A DNA stretch of 61,787 nt, taken from positions 1-61,787 of the IMG/VR virus record IMGVR_UViG_3300025101_000028, one strand, 5' to 3'. The notes beneath the pieces were generated by a model. The model was not told the DNA's origin, did not search any database, and saw only the letters and a list, made by a program, of their open reading frames with translations. Of this stretch, positions 52,112-60,060 are shown piece by piece (position 1 is the stretch's first letter; each line of letters begins with the position of its first letter). The position numbers were made by a program, and so were the translations under genes. This DNA comes from a virus (taxonomy: Duplodnaviria; Caudoviricetes).

Positions 52112-53068
52112 TCAAGAAATAATTTGTTTAAAGTTTAAAAACAATTTATCTAAATTGATTGTTATCTGTCCGTCGCGCATCAAATACTTTTGAAATTGTA
52201 TTTTATTCCACTCAGGTTCAAAATTATTTAAAGAAAATTCTACTTTTTGTCTCGATGTTCCTGACATTACTGGTTTGTACAGTTGCATGATATCATAATT
52301 ATTTTCTATAAGATCCAATCCAGACAATATATTTTCATGAAGTTTAACCGGTTTGTCCACGTTTCTGCAAAACTCTGCAAGCGATTCAACAGTTTGAACT
52401 TCTTCGTTGCCCATAAAAGGAAAACGATTTTTAATTGTTTTAAGCCCAGCCCGAGGTATGCCTGGTAAGTTATCTGACTTATCTCCTGCAATGGCTCTAG
52501 CAAGGGCAAAATTATTGGGATGAATACCGTGTTCATCCATAAGACTAGACTTATCCACCAGTTTTTTCTGGATTGGTCTGTACAGGTACACTCCATCTCC
52601 GAGCAACTGGAAAAAGTCTCTGTCGCTTGAGACAATATATTTATCCCATTCTCTATATTTATCGTGTCCACAAGCATAAGCGATAATATCATCGGCTTCC
52701 ACATAGTCCACAACGATTTGAATTGTAGGTGTTTCATTTAAGTACTCCACGAGTTTTACATATTGTTCTGCTTTATTAATTTTTTGTTCTGATTCGTTTA
52801 ACTCGACCATACGTCTGTTGAACCTAACAGGTTTTCTTCCAGCCTTATAATCTTTGTTCATTTCTTTGCGTTTAGCGGAACCAGAATGGCCATCCCACGC
52901 AATTATAATCTCGTCCGGTGTAAACATACCACAGACTTTTTGAAGGCTCTTTATAAAGCCTATACAGCCGCCTATTGGATGCCCATCAGGTGCTAGTGCT
53001 GGGTTAACAATATAGTTTCTAAGAAACATATTAAGCCCATCAATTATTAATAATTTTTTATTTTCCAT
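52112..53068 (-). CDS. 5'-3' exonuclease / flap endonuclease
   Basis: LIIDGLN, AWDG, YKAGR, EADDII, SSDRDF, GDKSDNLPG. Confidence 0.93.
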   Translation of the reverse strand: MENKKLLIIDGLNMFLRNYIVNPALAPDGHPIGGCIGFIKSLQKVCGMFTPDEIIIAWDGHSGSAKRKEMNKDYKAGRKPVRFNRRMVELNESEQKINKAEQYVKLVEYLNETPTIQIVVDYVEADDIIAYACGHDKYREWDKYIVSSDRDFFQLLGDGVYLYRPIQKKLVDKSSLMDEHGIHPNNFALARAIAGDKSDNLPGIPRAGLKTIKNRFPFMGNEEVQTVESLAEFCRNVDKPVKLHENILSGLDLIENNYDIMQLYKPVMSGTSRQKVEFSLNNFEPEWNKIQFQKYLMRDGQITINLDKLFLNFKQIIS

Positions 53069-53156
53069 TTGGCCTCCAATGAATGGCAATTGAACCAATC
53101 ACTGGGAGGCCTATAAATACGATTGCAAAAGCAATCCATAAGTTTATGTATTCCAT
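53058..53156 (-). CDS. small membrane peptide, 32 aa (not in ORF track)
   Basis: MEYINLWIAFAIVFIGLPVIGSIAIHWRPNGK; GGAGG RBS; promoter at 53175-53203. Confidence 0.55.
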   Translation of the reverse strand: MEYINLWIAFAIVFIGLPVIGSIAIHWRPNGK

Positions 53157-53213
53157 ATTTCCTCCGATAATATTATTATAACACGTTGTGTGTTTTTTGT
53201 CAAGTAAGTAAAT

Positions 53214-53241
53214 AAAAAAAACCCCTAACACATGTTAGGGG
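53214..53241 (-). terminator. intrinsic terminator after recA
   Basis: CCCCTAACA/TGTTAGGGG + T-tract. Confidence 0.8.
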
Positions 53242-53268
53242 CCAACAACAGGAGCTTAGTTTTTATGA

Positions 53269-54387
53269 CTAATCATCTATGTCATCTGGTATTATATTAG
53301 AACCAGTTGACTCAAATTTCTTTATTAATTCTTCATCCATAATTTTTATTATTAATTTTTTAAACTTATCATCTTTAAGTTTTTCAGTCCACTCTTTTGA
53401 GCGGAACTTTTGTTCTGTTCCTTTCTCATCTTTAACATAACACCATCCGCCACCAACACGATAGGCTGATGATTGCTTGATTACTTCAAGCCAAGACTCT
53501 TCATCCATGATGCCAATTCTATCACCCCAACGAATTTGAAATACTGCCATTCTATCTTGTGTTCCAAAGCGAGACTTCTTAATCTTTGCTTTCACTTCAG
53601 AGCCAACTCGTCTTCCTGATTCATCAAAAACAAATGAGGCCTTGGATTTACGACCTGTAAGCCAGATTCGAAGAGAACTGAAATATTCAATTGCTTTACC
53701 ACCGGGTGCAATGAAAGGTGTAGTCAGGGCTTCGGCGATGTTACTGGTTATATTTGTCTTAAGTTGGTTGACAAGAACCAAGGTGTGTTGACCATTAGCC
53801 AAAGGGATAGTTAGTTTTGGAAATGCTTTAGAGAAGATCCTTGGTTTAACTGCCATTGATGATTGAGGGTTGAAGTCACCTTCAATGTCTTTATCAGATG
53901 GAGTTGCTGCGATGGAATCCCAAATAAAAACAAATTGTTGTTGATGACCATGTTGATCCATCATATCTTCTATTCCTTTAAGGACTAACTCAACAGAAAC
54001 TGCTTGGACGTAAAGAAAGTCACCGTTCATATCAATCCCAGAGTCTTTTAGAAACTGTGGGTCTATTGCTGATTCTGCGTCAAAATAAACAACATATTTT
54101 CCTTGCTTCTGTGCTTGAACTGCTATTTGAACAGCGAGATAGGACTTGCCTACAGATGACAGACCAGCGATTTCTGATATTTTACCAACAGGAATACCTG
54201 CCATCTTTCCTTTACATATAATTGAGTCGAGCCATCGAGATCCTGTTGGTATCCATTCCTTTACTTCAGTTGGATTCTCTTTTCTAAGATCGTGTGCTGC
54301 TTCGATGCCCATAGACTTGTTCATTGATTTTTTGAGATCTGCTATTGAGATCTTTCCGGCTTTTGCCATGTGTATTATTTTTCCCAT
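53269..54387 (-). CDS. recA: RecA/UvsX recombinase
   Basis: IPTGS, GLSSVGKS, FDAE, IWDSIAA, NQ, PGGKA. Confidence 0.93.
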   Translation of the reverse strand: MGKIIHMAKAGKISIADLKKSMNKSMGIEAAHDLRKENPTEVKEWIPTGSRWLDSIICKGKMAGIPVGKISEIAGLSSVGKSYLAVQIAVQAQKQGKYVVYFDAESAIDPQFLKDSGIDMNGDFLYVQAVSVELVLKGIEDMMDQHGHQQQFVFIWDSIAATPSDKDIEGDFNPQSSMAVKPRIFSKAFPKLTIPLANGQHTLVLVNQLKTNITSNIAEALTTPFIAPGGKAIEYFSSLRIWLTGRKSKASFVFDESGRRVGSEVKAKIKKSRFGTQDRMAVFQIRWGDRIGIMDEESWLEVIKQSSAYRVGGGWCYVKDEKGTEQKFRSKEWTEKLKDDKFKKLIIKIMDEELIKKFESTGSNIIPDDIDD

Positions 54388-54475
54388 TGTTATCCTTGTA
54401 GTTGAAAGTGGGAAGCTTTTTATTGTAGGTCAGCTTCCCAAAACCTTTGGTCTTCATTCAGCTCATCTTATGGCT

Positions 54476-54595
54476 CTACTCTTCACTTGTCTCTTCTTCT
54501 ACAACCTCTTCTTGAGGGTTCTCAACTTCTAGTTTTGAAGTATCTTCTTCTTCGTCGCCACATGCGAGAAAAGTTATTAAAAATAAATTAATCAT
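54476..54595 (-). CDS. 39-aa acidic lipoprotein (not in ORF track)
   Basis: MINLFLITFLAC-GDEEEDT...EE; AGGAG RBS. Confidence 0.65.
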   Translation of the reverse strand: MINLFLITFLACGDEEEDTSKLEVENPQEEVVEEETSEE

Positions 54596-54616
54596 TTTGT
54601 CTCCTTTATTTGATTA

Positions 54617-54642
54617 AAAGTGCCCTCATAACGGAGAGGGCA
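54617..54642 (-). terminator. hairpin/terminator after ssb
   Basis: TGCCCTC/GAGGGCA stem followed by CTTTT. Confidence 0.55.
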
Positions 54643-54652
54643 GCCGGCTCTC

Positions 54653-55405
54653 TTAACCTACGAGCTTGTCGAAGGCTGCATCAACAGCATCTTTCTCACC
54701 ACCATACTTGTGTGTTTCGGAGGAACCACCAGTAGAGTCAGAAGAGAGAGCTTCGTTCAAAAGAGCTTGAACGTCGGCTGTTGTTTTGCGATCAAACTGT
54801 GAGCCAATATCAGGAATTGAGTCCAGTAAAGTTTCACAGTCCGCAATGTCATCATCGCAGAGAACAGAGGGACGACGACGAGGTTTAAGGGTGGTCTTAG
54901 GAAAAGAACCAGGAGTTCCGGGTCTATCGTAATTTAATACAATGTCAGTACCAGACTCAACATCTGTGATATCACCATAATCAGGATCTAACACATAACC
55001 AAGAAGGGTTTCGTAAGCTTGCTTTCCGTAAGCCCATATTTTAACACCTTCGGATTCTCTTCCTCGAACCAAAATAGGAGAATAATATCGCTTTCGAACA
55101 AAAAGTTTCTTAGCTTCACGTTTAGCCGTGTCATCATTATTTTCCACACCTTCTTTCCAAAGAGAGGAAGCAAAGTCACAAATTGGACATTCCTCATTAA
55201 AGTTTCTCTTTGGACACATTATACCAGGATTTTTACCAACATTATAATGAAAGTGATATTCTTTAAAAGGGTCACCATCTTTTGTTGGAAGAATTCTGAT
55301 TGTTTGGTCACCTTGTTCAGGTTTCCATTTGGTATCATTAGATTTTTTGTTACCATTCTTTGATGCATTTAATTTTTCTCGCATCGCTTCTAGATTTAGT
55401 GCCAT
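54653..55405 (-). CDS. gp32-like single-stranded DNA-binding protein
   Basis: WKP...IRILP, H, CP...CPIC, YGDITD..SGTD, acidic tail. Confidence 0.88.
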   Translation of the reverse strand: MALNLEAMREKLNASKNGNKKSNDTKWKPEQGDQTIRILPTKDGDPFKEYHFHYNVGKNPGIMCPKRNFNEECPICDFASSLWKEGVENNDDTAKREAKKLFVRKRYYSPILVRGRESEGVKIWAYGKQAYETLLGYVLDPDYGDITDVESGTDIVLNYDRPGTPGSFPKTTLKPRRRPSVLCDDDIADCETLLDSIPDIGSQFDRKTTADVQALLNEALSSDSTGGSSETHKYGGEKDAVDAAFDKLVG

Positions 55406-55617
55406 AATTTTTACTCCTATGTTGTTATTATTGACTTAACTGTCTAAGGCAAAGATACTTTGTATCTCAACCAATGTCGCTTCCATTTACAGTCCTTGTA
55501 ATAGGAAGATAAAGAGGGTCAAGTTTTTTTTCAGGTTGGTTATCTTGACAAACAACACGGAGGAAGTTATTAAAACTTACGTATATTTTTTTTATTTAAA
55601 GTTAGTGTTTAGAGAGA

Positions 55618-55881
55618 CTATCCGTTGATAGTTACTTCTTGTCTTGAAAATGAAGGCTTTTCAATTACAGTATTGTGATTAAAAACTCTCCAACCATTTT
55701 GGTCAAGATCAAAAACTACTTCATGCTTTGTATCTAAGTAACGTGGTTTTACTCCAGAACCTCGAAGAGAGCTAGGAACAGCATTTTCTTTCAAGAAGCG
55801 CATTGTTCTTGTAGTTCCATCTTTCTTTGTGAAGCTTCCGGTGTAAACGTTAGCATTGAGTGTGAATTTATTTGTAGACAT
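55618..55881 (-). CDS. WYL-like (WYL_2) SH3-barrel protein
   Basis: FTKKDGTTRTM...VFDLDQNGWRVF. Confidence 0.75.
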   Translation of the reverse strand: MSTNKFTLNANVYTGSFTKKDGTTRTMRFLKENAVPSSLRGSGVKPRYLDTKHEVVFDLDQNGWRVFNHNTVIEKPSFSRQEVTING

Positions 55882-56095
55882 ATATCCTCCTAGATTTTGA
55901 TTGTCTTAATTAATTTTTTTTGAGATTTGAATTTCGGTTGAATCTCGAAACAACCATCGTGTTATTAGTATAACATGTTCTTAACATTTTGTCAAGTATT
56001 TTTTTTATTTTTTTTTCGGCGATGTAAGAGCAAGCTTAATGAAGCTTTTTGTTTTAAGTGTTTATATTATAACACATTAATTTAAGTTTGTCAAG

Positions 56096-56281
56096 TTATT
56101 TTTTTAAAAAAGTTAAAATCTTTTCTGCTTCGCTTTGAATCTGCTCTGTAGTTGGAGCTGTTGTTTTAGTTCCAGTTTGAATTAACATATGGGTTTGTTC
56201 TGTTAAGATTTCTCTTGCCATATGAAAAGCAGTTAAACGAAGATCTCGTTCATTCTTTTTTAATTGTTCTTTTTCACTCAT
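56096..56281 (-). CDS. hypothetical protein
   Basis: LRLTAFHMAREIL...PTTEQIQSEAEKILTFL. Confidence 0.7.
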   Translation of the reverse strand: MSEKEQLKKNERDLRLTAFHMAREILTEQTHMLIQTGTKTTAPTTEQIQSEAEKILTFLKK

Positions 56282-56354
56282 GTTTACCTCCTTGGTTTGA
56301 ATGTATTTTTAATATAACACGTTTTAAAAGTTTGTCAAGTATTTTTTTTTATTT

Positions 56355-57152
56355 TTATTCTTGAATGTAGTGTGTAAATTTTATAGAATAGAAAAACGAA
56401 CGGTCAGATGCGTTTTCCCAAATTCCAAAAGTTGTTTGTTCTTTTGTTTCTAAATAAGATCTGATTCTTGAAAGAAGTTTGTTATCATTTTCTTTGTCCT
56501 CAGAACTTATACTATAATAATAACATGATTCTGTTATGTTGTCAAGTAAAAAATATAATTTTTCTTGATTTTCTTCAATTTCACCGATTGACACAGTGCA
56601 AATTCTTGATATTTCTTTTGGCTCATGTAGGTTTCCCATAATTGGGTCACTATTTTTGAACCAGTTATAGTTTGCAAGAAAATTAGCAATGGCTGAATTT
56701 ACATTATCGTAGTAAGAGCCAAGAGAGCCTTCGCCCACGATTATTGTTGTCTCTTTATTAGAAACCAGCACTAAAGAGTGTATCATTCCAGACCTTGCAT
56801 ATTCTTGTAGAACATTATAAACAACTCTGTGTTGTTTCTTTTGAGTTGCCGACATGAAAAAAGGATCAGGGACGATGTACATTACTTTAACCTCGCGGTC
56901 TTTGATTTGTTCTAAAATTGCCAAGGTAGCACCAGAAACTCTTGCTGCTCCACAAACAATCAACCAAATGTCTTGGTCTTTTCCAAGTCGTAGCTTATTT
57001 CCTAGTTTAGGGACGCTAGCTTCGTATTCTTCATGCGTTTGACATTCCGGTAACCCTTTGCCGCCGTGTAATTCTATCGTCTTGTGTTTGCCCAAATTTG
57101 AGAGCTTACGACATATGTGGATTCCTGCGTTTCCAAGTCCAATTGTTATCAT
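56355..57152 (-). CDS. divergent tubulin/FtsZ-family protein
   Basis: IGLGNAG, degenerate T4 loop CGAARVSGA, YIVP, LVSN, YYDNVN. Confidence 0.7.
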   Translation of the reverse strand: MITIGLGNAGIHICRKLSNLGKHKTIELHGGKGLPECQTHEEYEASVPKLGNKLRLGKDQDIWLIVCGAARVSGATLAILEQIKDREVKVMYIVPDPFFMSATQKKQHRVVYNVLQEYARSGMIHSLVLVSNKETTIIVGEGSLGSYYDNVNSAIANFLANYNWFKNSDPIMGNLHEPKEISRICTVSIGEIEENQEKLYFLLDNITESCYYYSISSEDKENDNKLLSRIRSYLETKEQTTFGIWENASDRSFFYSIKFTHYIQE

Positions 57153-57616
57153 TTTAATTCTCCTAATCCAAGTTCCTTCGCTCTGTCAACAATATTCTTT
57201 ACAGAAGTAGGATACCATTTACCTCCCTTGGGGGTAGTGATTTCCTGTGCGTTGAGCCAATCTGCTATTCTCTGTAGTGAAGGTTTTTTACCCTGTGATT
57301 GGATTGACTTTTTAGCTTCTTCAATTTTTTCAATATATTGTTTGGCTGTTTCATCACCTTGCTCTTTACGTGCCTTGTGAGCCTTTTTCCTTACTTTTTT
57401 AAGGTTTGGGTTACCAAGCTTAACACCTCGTTCTTTAGCTCTATTTAATCCTTCTTGAACTAATCTAGAATGATGCAATCCTTTTCCATCTCTTCCATGA
57501 GCTTTCATGTGGCATTGATAACAAAGTGTAATAGTTTTGGTACCACCTTTAGATCTTGGAACAACATGGTGTTCATGTAAGTCTTCTGTTACTCCACATT
57601 CAAAACATTTTTTCAT
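57149..57616 (-). CDS. HNH nuclease fused to serine-recombinase-type C-terminal DNA-binding domain
   Basis: CFEC..HEHHVVPRSKGG..LCYQCHMKAH; GLNRAKERGVKLGNP; SLQRIADWLN..TPKGGKWYPTSV. Confidence 0.75.
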   Translation of the reverse strand: MKKCFECGVTEDLHEHHVVPRSKGGTKTITLCYQCHMKAHGRDGKGLHHSRLVQEGLNRAKERGVKLGNPNLKKVRKKAHKARKEQGDETAKQYIEKIEEAKKSIQSQGKKPSLQRIADWLNAQEITTPKGGKWYPTSVKNIVDRAKELGLGELK

Positions 57617-58824
57617 TTTAATTCTCCAAGGTTTTTTCCAACGTTGATATTGACTTTGAACTTTCCAAGTTTGGTGTTCTCGAAGATCTCAACAATTTCT
57701 TTTATTCTATTCTTCTCATCAAGTGGAACATCAAGAACAATTGAATCATGCACAAGGAATGCTACGTTTGTTTTGAGTCGTTTGCAGTATCTGTGAATAG
57801 CACAGGCTCTGTCAAGGAAATTGTCTGAAGATGTAGATTGGATAAGGTAGTTAAGTGCATGGAAACCATCTGAAGGTATTGTTCTTCCAAACGGAGTAGT
57901 GACAACTCCCTCCTCATAATGTTTCTCCAAGACCTTTGACTTATCATAGTAGTCAGTGTCAACTGCTGTTGAAGTTGGGTTATAGAGCCATGCGAAAATC
58001 TTCTTCTTAGCATCAGCTCGTTCAATAGAATTACTAAAAATGTTAGTTTGATTCCAATCATGGATATCTCCTGTGGGTTGTGGGTGCCCGGACAGGTGTA
58101 GTAGGGTTCTTAACTCGGCACCATTAAAGTCAAGTTCCACGAAGCAATCCCACTTAGGCTCTATAATGTCCTTTAGTGAGGTTTTAAGGTTAAGGATAGG
58201 GAAAGACCCTTGGTTGAGCCCCAAGCGACCAGTAACGGTTCCCCAAGGGTTGTAATCAACAAAAGACTTGCCTTCCCAATGAGACTTAACAAGATACATT
58301 GCTTTTTGATCTGTTTTGGCATGGTTTCTCCATTTACCTTTATTAAATCTTATCTCTTGTCGAGCAATTTCTTTGCACATTATATTGATATTGTGTATTA
58401 AACGATAGTTTTGAGGTTTTGGATTGTTATTAATTGTCCACTCTGTTATTTCATTGAGAAGATTGTAGTAATGTTCAATATCTCTCTCGGGTATAAGGTT
58501 ATAAAAGCAAACATCTGATAGGTTTACTTTGGCAGATATGAAAGACTTAAGGTGTGATTTTATTTTTCTTTCCCTTGCCTCCAGTCTTTCTTTTAAATGT
58601 TCTGGGCAAGCATCTTGAATTGTTTTTCCTTGTGCAATTATTTTGGCTAAGGTGATATCTCGGTCTTGAATCAGTTCTGACCAGTCCCATGTTGCTGTAA
58701 GGCTATCAGGTAAGTCTCTAAGTCTTAGTCTACCATCAGCAAAGTATCCCCTGCATTCTTTTTTGTCGTCAATAACCTGAAACACCTGGGGTTGTTGTGT
58801 TTGTTCCTGTTGAGTTTTGAGCAT
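57613..58824 (-). CDS. minimal family A DNA polymerase
   Basis: TVTGRL, motif A ELDFNGAELR, motif B AKKKIFAWLY, NYLIQS, motif C VHDS. Confidence 0.88.
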   Translation of the reverse strand: MLKTQQEQTQQPQVFQVIDDKKECRGYFADGRLRLRDLPDSLTATWDWSELIQDRDITLAKIIAQGKTIQDACPEHLKERLEARERKIKSHLKSFISAKVNLSDVCFYNLIPERDIEHYYNLLNEITEWTINNNPKPQNYRLIHNINIMCKEIARQEIRFNKGKWRNHAKTDQKAMYLVKSHWEGKSFVDYNPWGTVTGRLGLNQGSFPILNLKTSLKDIIEPKWDCFVELDFNGAELRTLLHLSGHPQPTGDIHDWNQTNIFSNSIERADAKKKIFAWLYNPTSTAVDTDYYDKSKVLEKHYEEGVVTTPFGRTIPSDGFHALNYLIQSTSSDNFLDRACAIHRYCKRLKTNVAFLVHDSIVLDVPLDEKNRIKEIVEIFENTKLGKFKVNINVGKNLGELK

Positions 58825-60049
58825 TAGAACCTCCGATTTTCTTTTGCTGCGTTTGTCTGAATTTATTTGCTAAATCTTTAAAGCCAAACGGTTGATTTAA
58901 CATAATTCTTTTTGTCACTTCATTAATATAACTCAAAGCTGATTGTTTGTCAAGTATTTTCTCTAAGTTTTTTGTTTGAAAAATAAGAGTTTTTTTATTA
59001 TTCCCTTCTATACCCCATTCTAAACACTTTAATTCTAAATAATATTTTAATTCATCCTCAATAGGATTATCAGTTATTGTTTCTCTTTTATAAAAATGCC
59101 AACTAGTTTTTATACAATTTTCATCAAATACTATTTGGTATTCATTACTATTAACAAATAAGTTATATTTATTCTTTATAATATTATATAATATATTAAT
59201 ATCTTTATTATAACATTTATTAAAATAAATATTAAACAAAGATTGTAAATTCGTACTACTATAGCCGGTAAGATAAGGCTGTATAGAAGGAGATCCATAA
59301 TCAGGAGTTACCACCATAGGGTTGTTAAAATCAAAAACAAGACCAATTTGTTTTATGATATTTTTGTAATATTGAAATTCAGGAGTGCTTATTATTTCAT
59401 TCCATTTTGGAGAATCCTCAGAGTACTTTAAGTTTGATAGGGAAGCGGCACACCCAGAATTATATATTGATGATTTTCTAGAGACCATCCATGTTGAATA
59501 AGTTAAGGGTTGTTTCTTTTTTTGATATGAACAAAAATTAATAAATTGTTTGACAAATGACTCAAAATGTGTTATACTGGTAATGGGAAAATGTTGACCT
59601 AAATTTGTGTCTGTTGGCACAAGAGCGGTGTCAATGAATTCCTGTATTGTTTGTTTTAAGTATTTTGCGTAAGCGTTTTTAGGAGATTCGTATGATCTAT
59701 ACACTGTCAAATTATTTATAAAAGGGTTGTTCGTTGCACAGTTAGCAAAGGAAGCCTTGTCTAATATATTCTTTAAGTCTCGGAGCATGGCATTACACCA
59801 TGGCATGACTCTGTGAAAGCCTTGTATTGCCAATTTAGGATCAAGAGGTACCAGTAGGTCTTCGTTGGGTTCTATGGCATCAAAGTCCATATCAACAACA
59901 CCGTATAAATGATTTTCAGCAAAGTTAAAGTCCTTGGACATCTTTGGACCAAGGGGACCTTCTTTATAAACATCGTTCTTATAATGAGTTCTGTTATAAT
60001 AAGCAACATAAGAGCTTTTGGTTTTGTTTGTTCCGTTGTATGATGTCAT
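58769..60049 (-). CDS. hypothetical protein (possibly structural)
   Basis: long ORF, likely start MTSYN. Confidence 0.7.
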   Translation of the reverse strand: MTSYNGTNKTKSSYVAYYNRTHYKNDVYKEGPLGPKMSKDFNFAENHLYGVVDMDFDAIEPNEDLLVPLDPKLAIQGFHRVMPWCNAMLRDLKNILDKASFANCATNNPFINNLTVYRSYESPKNAYAKYLKQTIQEFIDTALVPTDTNLGQHFPITSITHFESFVKQFINFCSYQKKKQPLTYSTWMVSRKSSIYNSGCAASLSNLKYSEDSPKWNEIISTPEFQYYKNIIKQIGLVFDFNNPMVVTPDYGSPSIQPYLTGYSSTNLQSLFNIYFNKCYNKDINILYNIIKNKYNLFVNSNEYQIVFDENCIKTSWHFYKRETITDNPIEDELKYYLELKCLEWGIEGNNKKTLIFQTKNLEKILDKQSALSYINEVTKRIMLNQPFGFKDLANKFRQTQQKKIGGSNAQNSTGTNTTTPGVSGY

Positions 60050-60060
60050 GATGTTGATTC

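Noticed and set aside
29429-54387. Inteins or introns in dnaE, nrdJ, helicase or recA
   Set aside because: Lengths are normal, motifs are contiguous and no splice-junction motifs were seen
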